Source of the DNA: Octopus sinensis
Taxonomy: Eukaryota
Direction of reading: 5' to 3'
NCBI RefSeq assembly: GCF_006345805.1
Contig: NC_043002.1
Location: 115,258,001 to 115,322,000, forward strand
Length of the DNA stretch: 64,000 nt
The number at the start of each line of letters is the position of its first letter. Positions within the stretch are counted from its first letter, which is position 1. Shown one piece after another: positions 1 to 11,791 of this stretch. Below the pieces are notes generated by a model. That model did not search any database, was not told the origin of the DNA, and saw only the letters and a program-made list of their open reading frames with translations. The position numbers and the translations under genes are program-made.

Positions 1-199
1 TGTGTGTATGTGTGTGTGTGTGTGTGTGAGCGTTTGTCCACTCACCATCGCCTGACAACCGATGTTGGTGTGTTCACGTCCCCGTAACTTAGCGTTTCGG
101 CAAAAGAGACCGATAAAATAAGTACTAGGCTTACAAAGAATAAGTACTTGAGATGATTTGGTTGCAGTCATATGACTGAAACAAGTAACAGAATAAAAT
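1..199 (+). mobile_element. SINE family A, 3' half
   Basis: (TG)n, then GACAACCGATGTTGGTGTGTTCACGTCCCCGTAACTTAGCG...GAGACCGATAAAATAAGTACT, and tail CAGTCATATGACTGAAACAAGTAA. Matches full copies at 12416-12857 and 28394-28836. Confidence 0.9.
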
Positions 200-2930
200 A
201 ATACCATGCTAAATAGTTGATGAATACCGATCTTTATAATTGTTAAGAACACTAAAGATTCTGATAAATAGTTTCTGAAGTTACATCTCTCAGAAACAAA
301 CTTGGTTGTGATCTTTTTCCGAACCACTTTTTTTTCTTATAGGAAGCTTCTGTAAGTGAAACCTTTAAACCTGACGATACAAGACAGAAGCTAATTTATA
401 TAAAGTATATACTCTTCACTGCAATATTTTATTAAAAGTGCCTGTTCATCAGTGATAAACAGCTCTCCAATGAAAATATAGTTTTAAAAAAAGCCCATAA
501 TATTTGAGAACTATAACACGAAGTATAAGTTTACCGACCGGTCACTTTCGATTATTCAATCAATAGACTTAGGCATGACCTAGTGGTTAAGGAATTTCGA
601 GTTTGATCTTACGGTGCAATATCTTCAGCAAGTCTATTAACCCAAGCCTCGCAAACGAAATTTCACAAATATAAAATGTGTAGATTATATTTGTAATGCG
701 AATGTTCAGCCTGATAACATATTGTATCACGAACTGCTCCAGCCTGAGAATTGCGCTAATGGTATATGTCTGTGGTATACTCAATCACTTGCACATTCAC
801 TTAACGAGGAATTTTTCCAGTTGATGAAATAAGTGAATACTCGTCATGATAATCAACGGGGGATCCACCATCATTCAGTAAATACATTTTTCTCTTTATT
901 GTAAATCATGTAAGAGAGATACATTTTGTAGAGCATTACTTCCATACTTTTGAGATTTTTTAATAGTTTAATACTTCTCATTTTTTCCTAATGATTTTCG
1001 CTCTGTAATAAATAGCAATAACATAATTCTCCAGATCTTAAGACCATCATAAGTCATCCATAATTTGTGTTCTTCAAAGATGAATAGAGCCAATATTTTG
1101 CAATATACTTTGATGGATCACTATGATTTCTAGTTTATTTGCAAATGAATTTACTTGTTTTTGAAACGATAGTTGAGTTGGGAAAAAGTAATTGCCGTGT
1201 AAGTTATATGCTTGAATTTCATAGGCAAACATTGAGTTGACATCCAGAAAAGCTGACAAAATATACTGTGCTAGCTGCTTTACAAGAAAGTTTACGAGTT
1301 GCCAGAGAGTTAAAGTGTCACCTAACTTCAAGGACATACATGGATGGGTCCAAGTCATTGATAGTTGTAACATCAATTTACTTTGCGGCTCTTTTCCGAT
1401 ACTGACATGTGATCAAAGCAGTGTTGAGCAGACTATGAAAACCTGGCGAGATTTGATTCGACCAAAACATGTCTTTGGGTTTTTCCTTGCCTGTAATGAA
1501 AGATCAGATTTCCAATAAGCCTCTAAATTATTTAGGAAAATTAATTCTCCATTTCTTGAAATCATTGCTCTTCGTTTTAAAAGTTGTTAACAGTTATCAC
1601 AGGGTTTTTGTTTTCTTTATCTAATAAGAAAAATATCCAAGGGAGAAATAATAGCAGCAACCACTACAGTGTGACTGCCGACGTATAGAGGGATTCATTT
1701 TTTTACACAGAAAATGTTCGAATATTTATAGATATTGGGAAAATACTAACATTGTTTATCTATCTTATGGACACTGACGTCAGATATTGTTTTGGCTATG
1801 GACACTGCAATCAATTTTGTTTGGACGAAGTGAGAAAAGAAAAGTTGTAAATAAGAATATGCACATTCACTATACTAGTACAGTAGAATAGAAAGCTGGC
1901 CAACTAACCATACAAAAATGGAAATATTTCTGTTCAAGTTTACAATGACCAGATACAAGATAACCTAAGGTTTGTAGCTAGGTTGTCATCACAAGAAGTA
2001 AATGTAGATATGAACCTCCATGACAGCTGTAGTAAGTAGTATTCGGCGCTGATCTGCCAATCTAAGTGATAGTTTGTTTTAAAGGATTAGATGTTGTAGC
2101 CACTATCAACTTGATAAGCCACAGAGAATTAACACATTATGAAAGATAAGCTCAAATAACATGTTTGGTGCCAATGCGTCTACAAAATCGAAAGTAGATT
2201 ACTAAATGCTAAGTAAATCAATTTATGATGTGTGTGGCCACCTAGTGTGATAATTTCAACCAAGCTCAAATAACAGTCGTTGCCTGCAACATTTAAAATA
2301 GAATTACTGATACATAAAAACATTTTAAAGTTATAGGCACATAATATTGTTGAAACACGAAACTTTGGGCATGACTGTTTGCCAACACAGACCAGTACTA
2401 GTTTCCTCGTATTCTGCTGCTTTTTGTATATTGTTTACACTGCGCAATTTATAGTTTCTATTTTTAAGTTACGTATTTTTTTTTAATTACTTTTATTGTG
2501 TATTTTTATAGCTGCTTAAAGATTTCTTCATTTATATACCGAAATTAGTTATTCATGCTTTCTTGAAAAATCCTATAATGTGTCATGTATTCATTTGTTA
2601 TTGTAGATCATTTTACTGAAGTGATGTCAAGAGGCATCTTCATAGACGGTATTATACATTTTCCTGTAATAGTATATGTCTAGGCTAGTCCTTTACAAGT
2701 AACCTCATATTAATTCGTAATGGAATTTTTTTCTAATTATGTGAATATTGCGCAATTATTTTATCAGGTTTTATGTAATCTATTGTTTTATGGCTTTCTA
2801 ATAGGTTGCTTTTGATTTACGATCTTTTTAATCTCAATAAGAGATGCTTGAACAACTTTCTACAATATTATGCTTTTAAATCTGTTATATGTCGGTGGAT
2901 TGTGATAAACTATACGTCCTTTAAATAGTA

Positions 2931-3445
2931 TTAGAAATATTGAATTTCTAAATGTCTCAGAGAGACATGATCGGTGGTGGAGCGATAGAGTGGTTGTATA
3001 CTGTCAACATAACGTGACAGTCCCGTCAGGGAATTACACCTACGCCATTTAGCCCTAGGAAACATCGTTGAGTTGACAGTATACAACCACTATATCGCTC
3101 CACCACCGCTCATGTCTCTCTGAGACATTTAGAAATTCAATATTTCTAATTTTGGTGATCAGTAAATAAATTTTACTGAAAATAGGATATATTTGCAGAG
3201 AGGTTGCAGTCATCTCAGCGAGCGAGGCAGGCTACCCTGGACTGATGACGAGCAATACACTCAGAAACATATGTCTTCAGGTGCTAGTCCCAGCTGGCGG
3301 GGGTGATTGCCTCCCCTTTTCAAATATAAAGACACAGAAAATGTGTCAAAGCCGACAGGAAACGTCGATGTTTCCTAGGGCTAAACAGCGGTGGTGTAAT
3401 TCCCTTTACGGGACTGTCACGTTGAGTTGACAGTATACAACCACT
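2931..3445 (+). mobile_element. Penelope-like element terminal (pLTR) remnant: inverted copy plus partial tandem copies
   Basis: 2931-3008 and 3072-3149 form a 78-bp inverted repeat with 2 mismatches. 2990-3067 is the reverse complement of 3366-3445. 3067-3091 is identical to 3421-3445. Contains a minimal hammerhead, a layout typical of PLEs. Confidence 0.7.
3230..3289 (+). ncRNA. Minimal type I hammerhead ribozyme (PLE-type)
   Basis: Stem I GGCTA-c-CCTGGA / TTCAGG-tgc-TAGTC; core CTGATGA 3242-3248; stem II (c)GAG-CAATACA-CTC(a); GAAA 3264-3267; palindromic stem III ACATATGT; GTC triplet 3273-3275. Confidence 0.75.
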
Positions 3446-4034
3446 TTTAAATAGTATCTTTTTATAAATTCAACTTCACAAAATTTCGTAACAACGTCAA
3501 CCCTTACGTTTAAAGATATTTACAGTACACCTTCATTTCGAGCCATTTGCCATTTATATCATACACTGCTAATTTTATAATCCCTTTCAACAATTAACTT
3601 TGCATATAATCCAATTCTTTGTAATAGAACCTTATTCATTCGATCGTAATAAAATCTTGTTTACCAACACTATTTAACGAAATCGTACATCTTGATAAAT
3701 GAATATAGGAATAGTTGGCCGACAGCATTCAACGGTAGAAAAATAAACAAAAAAAAAATCATCTAGGCATTTAGTTTTTAATAATACAAGGTAAATTGAT
3801 CCAATTTTAGTTATTTGTTTTAAGCAAACTCGGTAAGTTCTATTTCACGAATTTTCATTCCCTTTTCTGTTCTTGTATTTTATGTAAAATTAATTCACTC
3901 GTGATTTAGACGAAAATTACTTTAATGAGTATTATTTTGCTGCATACTCCTGAAGATAAATTTTATATTTTGTCTTGCCAATAAGCAAATGGCTTCGAAT
4001 TAAAAACATATCATCAATTAATGTTATGCCACTG

Positions 4035-4076
<42 letters not shown>

Positions 4077-4168
4077 CCTTCTCTTTCACTCTCTCTCACT
4101 CCTCATCTGTATGTGCGCGTGAGAGTGTATATGCTTGTAGTATATGTATATATTAGGATTTATAGGAC

Positions 4169-5299
4169 ACTAGCATTATGACCCGGCATTGCCGGGTCAT
4201 AGTTCTAGTGCATGTATATATGTGTATATATATGTGTATATATTACATGTACATCTATATATATACATCTACACATAAAATACAAAAGACAAAGTTATAT
4301 CTTGATATCGCTAGTGATAACAATACTCAAAATATATAACAGAATGGAATTGTAGGCCGTCTCTTGCAATTTCGATCAATTGTATCATGTCCTTCCTCTT
4401 CTATAGAAGTGTAGCTACAAATCCAGCCTACCTCTACTTCTGGGGGGACATTTTAAATTTTTATCCGGGACGTCCTACCCCCCAGATATAAAGGTAAAAA
4501 TAAAATATTTCCACTTTGCAAGGTTTAACAATGCAACACAACAACGCTTCCCTTACGAGGAACCAACAAACATGATAACAATAGTTAAACAGTAATGATA
4601 ATAACAACAAACCTTATGGTGAATCAAAAAGCAGTACTCAGTTGAAGCTATAGTAATTTATGGATCAGAAATAAACCAACAGCAGTAATCAGTAGTAGCG
4701 TCTGTTCGAGAAAACAGACATTACATACAGCCAAGCTTCATATAGATACTTAATGCTAGCTAATTAGCAGATAATCTAATGTAAAAGCCGTGATAAACGG
4801 TATGTGCACAGCTCCATCTGGACTATTCCATTTCTGCACTTAAATATTATTTTTTATTTATTCCCATTCATGTGAAACCACTTATTGAAGTTCAAGTCAT
4901 TGATGCAATTTTATACCAATTGCTATTTTTACTTTTGTTATGTTACGATTCAATTATACTTTAGTTTGATTTTAATTATTACTTACTACATATAATTCAA
5001 TTGTTATTATTATCTCTAATTTTTATTGTTAAAGTGAAAGTATCTGACATAAAATAGAGAAATGTTTTTGTTTCACTTTTAACGCGTAACACTGAAATAG
5101 TTGAGAAGATATGATATTGCTATGGGCTCACCCTAGGCAAGAAGTTGAACATTTTTTTGCCCATGAAACTACATGGACCCTAAGTAAGGCATGTGTAAAA
5201 TTTGAATGAAATTGGTTGTGCAGTTCTCAAGTTTTAGGGAAACACACAGACAGACAGACACACACACACACACATTCTCAGTTTTATATAGAGAGAGAT
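4169..5299 (+). mobile_element. Non-autonomous Helitron/Helentron-type element (Lep1/DINE-1-like layout)
   Basis: 5' ACTAGC followed by perfect hairpin TATGACCCGGC-ATT-GCCGGGTCATA (4177-4201). 3' end AAATTTGAATGAAATTGGTTGTGCAGTTCTCAAGTT...(GACA)n(CA)n...TTTTATATAGAGAGAGAT. Confidence 0.6.
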
Positions 5300-5727
5300 T
5301 CAATGAAAGTAGTAAAGTCTTTTAAAGTATCAAAATGAATATAGAGAATACATTAGTGCGTGTTCAGTTATTTTTACCATTACCATATTGAGCTATGAGA
5401 GCTATGATTGTTCAAACAATGTATTTCTATCTGTTAAATAGAAACGTAAGGAGTAACAGTCACAGGTCTTTTGAATTTTGCGAGCTATTTTTTTGTTTTT
5501 GGTTGCCTCATAGGCGTTTATAAAGCATGGATTAGATATAAGATTCTATGTAGACTTTCTGTACAATGGTTTCTTTCGAATGCTTACAAAACTGTATATT
5601 GCAAGAGGTATTAGGGGGTCTTCGTGAAGTGAAATTATTGTAAATGGAAATTGAGATCACAAAGATGCTCACTGTACATAGCCCTACGGCTCAACGGCTC
5701 TCATCATCACATAAATTATTATAATGT

Positions 5728-5735
5728 GATATATA

Positions 5736-5801
<66 letters not shown>
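5728..5801. repeat. (TA)n microsatellite
   Basis: Direct reading. Confidence 0.95.
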
Positions 5802-5804
<3 letters not shown>

Positions 5805-6830
5805 TTAAACTGTTTACCATCGTATGCATCTATTAATCGATAATCTGTGTTGGAATAGCATCCACTTCATTACTGACACTTAATTAATATCCGATACGAA
5901 ATATAAAAATAAAAACAGGTTCAAGGCTGAGCTTGTTGTTTACGTTAGAAAATATGTCTCATCGTAGCAGTCGCAGGATCGATCGATCGAAAGTAGTTCA
6001 CACAAAAGATACTTATTACAAAATTGCTCTGTCAGCATGCATTCATTTGTTTATCTTCTATACATCATCTGTTCAATGGCTTCCTCTCTTCATAAATAGA
6101 CTCAACTGGATCGAGTTAAAATAAATCATTCTAAACATGAAATTCTGAAAATAGATGGAATAGAAAAATTAAGAAAAGAAAAAAAGAGGAATGGCAAAAT
6201 CCATTTTACAGTGAGTGAATTGTATAGAAAACAGAGTTATTATTTTCAATGTAATTGTCTATTTTTGACTTGCATGCAAGTATTTTGATTGAGGACGGTG
6301 CTGACCCGCAGGAATATGAGTGTGTCAGTGTGTCTGTGTACGCGTGTGTGTCTGTGTACGCGCGCGCGTGTGTGTGTGTGTGGAGAGAGAGAGATACGTG
6401 CGCGTACATGCATGTACACACATTATGTGTGTGGGGAATCGACAATGAAAATTGACTGTCTTCAATACGTATTATTTCTACCTTCAAAGAAGAAATATTT
6501 TGTAATTATTTATTGTTATTGGAAGTAACGAACAACGTTGTTGCTAATATAAGAGGAGAATGAACATTTGCTTTTATTATTAATTTTCCAATATTACCTT
6601 CGGAAATAGACATTCAATCAATCTTATTATTTTCTTTGTAATATCTCCATACTTATGGACGACATCTTGAAACTTTTGTTAAATCAACTGTGTTTTTATT
6701 CTCACGTGCTCGTTGTTATATTAGGTTATTTTTGGATTCGCGACATGATTCCCGATTTTAAAACTTTCCAAGGTAGTTTCGTCTCTTCAAAAAGCGACCT
6801 GTTTTTGGTAGCAATTAAGTATTGTGTAGT

Positions 6831-7210
6831 TCTTTTATCTTTTATTTGTTTCAGTCACCAGGTTGCAGCAACGCTGGGGCATCACCTTGAATAATTTTTG
6901 GTCGAATGAACCGACTTATTTTATTTTTTAAACCTGGTACTTATTTTATCGCCGCTCTCTCTTGCCGAACCACGGGGATGTAAACACACGAACACCAGCT
7001 GTCAAGTGATGATGGGAGCAAGCACAGGCACAACGACACACCCATAGATACAGATATGTACGACGGACTTCTTTCAGGTTCCGTCTACGAAATTCACTTA
7101 CATGACTTTGGTCAACCCGTGGAAGACATTTGCCCATGATTCCATACAATGGGACTGAACCTGGGACCATATAGTTGTGAAGTAAATTTCTCACCACACA
7201 GCCACACATT
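6831..7210 (-). mobile_element. SINE family A, old diverged copy
   Basis: Reverse complement gives GGCTGTGTGGTGAG...GGTTCAGTCCCA...GACCAAAG...GTAGACGGAACCTGAAAGAAGTCCGTCG...GACTGAAACAAATAAAAGA. Confidence 0.8.
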
Positions 7211-8043
7211 TTATGCCATAATATACCAAAGATTCTCTAAATGAACAAATGGAGTAACGAAATATTTCCTCAAGAAAATTAAACTCGCATAAAGAGCTGA
7301 AATTTGATGAACAAACCACGAGCAGAATATCCAAGCGTATATGTGACTGGAAACCCATTCGCTTAACGATCTGAAATTTAAACAACTAATCACGAATACA
7401 AGTGCTAAAAGAGTATATCCGAACGGTACGCTAAATGAACGAAGTACACAGCGAACAACTTTCTGAATAGCGTCACTGCAGCCAACAAGTATACTATGCA
7501 AACATATAAGTGTTGGGTGAGCGCGTACAAACGGTTCGTTAACGTCCATGTACGTATTTTATGCAGCTTACAAATTTTCATATTTTATATTGAAAATAAT
7601 ATTTCTCATATTTTCGGCTAAAAACATAACTATAGATCAAACGTGCGCGCATTCACAGAAACATACATGCAAACACGCATACACACAAACACAAACACAT
7701 ACACACAAACACACACGTATATATTTGTGTATTTGAAGTTGATATGCGGACAAATACAGCACCATTTCATACCGTGTTGTGTAGTTTGGGTGCGGCATGG
7801 AACAGACTACCCCTATTCATATGTATTTTAACTACTCATGTAACGAACAATTTTGTTAACAAACAGAGCCCCAGAACGGATTGTGTTCATCTATAGGAAC
7901 ATCACTGGACTTAATGTTCTTATTCTGTTGGTTCTGTAACCTAAGATGATTAGAAAAGGTTTATCTATGTATAATAAATTCAAAGTATTATTCTACATAT
8001 CTTGAACTTTCAAAATAATTTGACTTGGTCATTCTCTGACAGG

Positions 8044-8270
8044 TTTATGGTCGAGCCTCTGGCAGTGGAGACCTCTGACGTTCTTGACCTCCGGGACATA
8101 CCCCTGCTCACTGCTATCGTGGTAGAGATTGCTGTCCGCAAGCGCAAGCTCCGGGGGACAGAGTGATTGTTCCAACGCATCTCCCTCGCCATCTTCCGGG
8201 GCAACGTCTTTTCTATTTTGTCTACTGGGATCACGAGGCAGTCTGAATTACAAGAAATTGTAAGTTTCAC
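8044..8270 (+). mobile_element. CRE-like (RLE-type) non-LTR retrotransposon C-terminal fragment, frameshifted
   Basis: Translates to EPLAVETSD...EIAVR, then after a frameshift E*LFQRISLAIFRGNVFSIL, the P-x-AVET / LFQRISxAIxRGN motif of restriction-like endonuclease LINEs. Confidence 0.7.
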
Positions 8271-8980
8271 TCTTTAATGCAGTTGATTTTATCTCCAGTT
8301 GATTTTATGCTTGTTGTAAAATTGACTCTGCGATTTGGCCGCCCAGCTAACTCACTGCCTCTCATCTTCATACAATTAACCATCGCAATTTATATTATTA
8401 ACAGTTGACGGATATTTGTCCTCATCTTGTTTTGTTTTTAACACAACGGAGAAAAGAGAGGATAAAACCGATAAACTGTCCACAGTCTGTCTAGTCTATG
8501 TGAAAGTCCTCTCCGAAAAGATACAAAAGATATGCGGCCCATATGACATCAGAACAGTATTCAAAAGTAATACAACACTTCGCAAATATCTCCTTCGAGT
8601 AAAACCACCAACAGAAGAGAATATGACTAAGAACTGTGTGTACTCCATCCCATGCAGCTGTGGTAGGTTATACAAAGTCGAAACATGCCACCCCCTCAAA
8701 ATAAGGGCAGAAGAACATCGCAAAGCTGTGACACGGGGAGATATTGATAAATCAGGTTTGGCTGATCATGTATGGAAAAATAGAGACATGAAGTTAAAAT
8801 AATAGACAGAGAACAGCACTGGAAAATAGGAAAACTAAAAGAAGCAGCACATATGCTAGGACACAACAACCTCCTAAGCAGACTGAGTGCAGATATGAGA
8901 AGCATATGGGAACCGCTATTAAGGAAGAATAGGAGAATATTAGATTTATAAGCCCTAAAATTCACTCCATAAAGGCCCAC

Positions 8981-9045
8981 GGGCATATGGCGTAGTGGTT
9001 AACAGCGCGGGCTACTAACTGAGTTCGATTCCTGGCAGTGACCTG
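8981..9045 (+). promoter_or_regulatory. tRNA-derived head with Pol III A and B boxes
   Basis: A box TGGCGTAGTGG 8988-8998, B box GAGTTCGATTCC 9021-9032. The cloverleaf is incomplete, so this is not a tRNA gene. Confidence 0.65.
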
Positions 9046-9101
9046 AATAATAATATCAAAAATACCTTAGGAATGAGAATCCAGGTTCTAAATTTCTCCA
9101 A

Positions 9102-9147
9102 GACACCTGATAAAGGCTGTAGGGCATATCAGCCGAAACGTTGTGTT
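9102..9147 (+). ncRNA. Minimal hammerhead-like motif (core G8>A)
   Basis: Stem I GACAC/GTGTT; core CTGATAA plus an extra A; stem II GGCTG/CAGCC; GAAA; palindromic AACGTT stem III. Confidence 0.6.
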
Positions 9148-9518
9148 AACAACAAACATAATGAGGACAAATATCCGTCAATTGTAAATAATGTACAAAA
9201 TTCCTCATCTCTTAAATATGGAACTGTATAACCATCGTAAGTCGGAATGTGCACTAGGTTTCTCTTCTTTTTTTCAAAGACATTTAAGTCCCAAACGTGA
9301 CTGGCATAATCCAGGACGGATCTAAGATTTAATACATATATTTTGTACACCATTATTTCTTTGTTTGATCAAATGTAATAATGTGATATCTGTCAGTGCC
9401 CCATGCAGCCTTGCACTCGTTTTTGCTTCACTGTCTTTCATCTGTGCTAAAAATGCTGTGGAATCAATATTATTTCTAGTATTTTTTATCTCCTGAATAT
9501 TTGGTATGTTTATGTTTA

Positions 9519-10088
9519 CACTTTCTCTTCGACATACGACCGACTTCCGTTCGATTTGGTCGTATGTCAGATTTATATTCTTTAACACTATTTTCATTCA
9601 AACGGGTTATAAGACTATAAAACACAAAAATTTTATCCATAATTATTGTACATAATCTGAAAAATACATATGTTTTGTATTGTAAACGAAAATACAATCT
9701 AAAATTAATGTAGAAATTAATACAAATGAAATTCCGCATACATACAATAAAAAAAGTATTGCTTTTGCGAAAAAGTGCAATTGATAAATTTTGAAATTTC
9801 ATAGTCGTGTTCTTAGGTTGAGATAAATGGTTTTTCGAGGAACATGGTGAGCTTTGTTTTAATTTTTTTTTTCCTTTTTCCATCATATATCTTACGATAA
9901 TAACGTACAGTACCTTGAACGATACGTTCAACATTTGCAAAGCGTTTGACATCAGGGTCCATTGCTTCGAAACTATGCTGCCATAGTTATCGTACACGCA
10001 GCTGCCCAACGTTCGAAAATGGATTATTTTTTTTTTATCGATTTTTTTGTGTGGTCATAAGTGTTGATGGTTGTAAGTCGCAGAGGTG
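9519..10088 (-). mobile_element. Tigger/pogo-like DNA transposon, internally deleted
   Basis: TA|CACTTTCTCTTCGACATACGACC ... GGTTGTAAGTCGCAGAGGTG|TA degenerate TIRs with TA flanks. Minus strand encodes FEAMDPDVKRFANVERIVQGTVRYYRKIYDGKRKKKIKTKLTMF, like the Tigger/TIGD1 C-terminus. Confidence 0.7.
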
Positions 10089-10567
10089 TATATTGCTGAT
10101 CATGATGATTGGTTGTATATGTTATCCTCTGGTATTAATTATGAGGGCGGGGACAGTAGATTTGGTAAGGGTTACTTTGGGTGTGTTCTTTATAAGCAAG
10201 TTTTCTTGGAAATTGATATAAATTTGGAGATGTTGTGCAGCTGTGTTGTAGAATAGTGGCAAGTTCTATGTTGTTTACTGCGTAGGATATTGTATATATT
10301 TCTTAGAGTGGCTGTGGGAAAATCGTGTTTGTTATGCTTGACAAAAAGGAGCAAGGGGACATTGCCAGTTTTCAAAGTGATGATTTTGTAAAGTACATAG
10401 GATTGGTGGCCTTACAATTTGGTAGCCAGCATTTTGTGTATGTGTATGTTTGTTTTAATGAGATAATGAGCAGCCCTTGTATAATTTGATATCGGGAGAT
10501 GGGGCCGAAAGAATTGGCATACAGAAGTTAGATCAGTCCCCGTGGGAGGTAATTTGGTATCTCTTAT

Positions 10568-10952
10568 CTTTTATATTTTGTTTCAGTCATTGAACTGCTG
10601 CCATGCTGCAGCACCATCTTGAAGGGACTTAGTTGAGCAAATCGATCCCACTACATCTTTTTTTGAAACTCGTACATACTCTATCAATTACTTTTGCCGA
10701 ATCTTTAAATTACCGGGACGTAAACAAACCAACATTGGTTGTCAAGCGGTGGTGGGAGATAAAGACACAAACGCATTCACATACAAACACACGCGCACAT
10801 ACATCACGGGCTTGCACACAGTTTCCATCAACCAAATTCATTGACAAGGAATTGGTCGGCCTGGGCTATAACAGGTATACTTGCCCAAGGTGCCGCGCAG
10901 GTGGACTGAACACGAAACCAAGTAGTTACAAAGGGAGCTGCTAGAAACATAG
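10568..10952 (-). mobile_element. SINE family A, diverged
   Basis: TTTCAGTCATTGAACTGCTGCCATGCTG...CGGGACGTAAACAAACC...CTTGCCCAAGGTGCC...GGACTGAAC. Confidence 0.85.
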
Positions 10953-11532
10953 CAAAAGAATGGTTTCTCACTGGATCTATCAAATTAAAATAATTTATTA
11001 ATGCATTAGCAAAGTTTTGTTTCGCTATTCTTCTAAACTACAGAATATATCTACAACAGACTTTAGTGAAGACTTCATTTGCAGGCACTTGCCAACGCTA
11101 TGTCTCTCTATATAAGATTCTCCAGAAAAGAAAATGGGGATTTATCTGGGCGATTTTAAAGATAGTATTTGAATTTTTTAGCGACTGAATACTCCCTCTT
11201 TATCCCTTTTCTTATCAAATTTCTTTTGAAATACGCTGCGTTGTTTTAATTAATTTTGAAAATAATGAAGAATTTACGTTTATATATTTGTTTTGCAAGA
11301 TTTTGGAACTTGTTTGCGTTATTCGTCTTTTACTGAATATATCTACAGGCACTCCCACCATAAACGCTTGTGACATTTTTTCTTCATCCTGTTGAACCGA
11401 TAATCCCTACACATTTTTCTCTTTCCATTTTTTTCTTCTCAGTCCTTTCTCTCGAAGAGCGTAGACTTTTCCATTCTTCCCGAGCATCAAACCTGTCTTT
11501 GTCTTTTGTTTTCTGTAAATTCGAACTATATT

Positions 11533-11723
11533 CTTTTCTTTTACTTGTTACAGTCATTTGACTGCGGCCAAGCTGGGGCACCACCTTTCGTTGAGCAAAT
11601 CGACCCCAGGACTTATTCTTTGTACGCCTAGTACTTATTCTATCGTTCTCTTTTACCGAACCGCTAAGTTACGGGGACGTAAACATACCAGCATGTTGTG
11701 GGGACAAACACAGACACACAAAT

Positions 11724-11790
<67 letters not shown>
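11533..11790 (-). mobile_element. SINE family A, 3' half ending in (CA)n(TA)n
   Basis: CAGTCATTTGACTGCGGCC...GACCCCAGGACTTATTC...GGGACAAACACAGAC, then microsatellite. Confidence 0.9.

Positions 11791-11791
<1 letters not shown>

Larger units (their letters stand above)
8394..9200 (+). mobile_element. 5'-truncated Penelope-like element (GIY-YIG remnant plus pLTR) bounded by an inverted repeat
   Basis: ORF 8416-8802 contains NCVYSIPCSCGRLYKVET...IRAEEHRKAVTRGDIDKSGLADHVW (PLE GIY-YIG) and continues ...HWKIRKLKEAAHML in another frame. 8394-8448 is the reverse complement of 9139-9192. Confidence 0.85.

Noticed and set aside
1074-1518. Overlapping 93-100 aa ORFs, one with CxxC
   Set aside because: No recognisable domain and no convincing splice context in either orientation.
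3320-3373. Possible second complete hammerhead upstream of GAAACGTC
   Set aside because: No CUGANGA core can be placed; only the half-site is reported.
6640-6830. Possible PLE C-terminal remnant on the minus strand (PWKVLKSG, KVSRCRP)
   Set aside because: Similarity is too short and degenerate to support by eye.
8981-9045. tRNA gene
   Set aside because: A and B boxes are present but there is no complete cloverleaf or acceptor stem. The same applies to all SINE heads.
10150-10560. Possible LINE C-terminal zinc-finger remnant on the minus strand
   Set aside because: Only a vague resemblance across broken frames.
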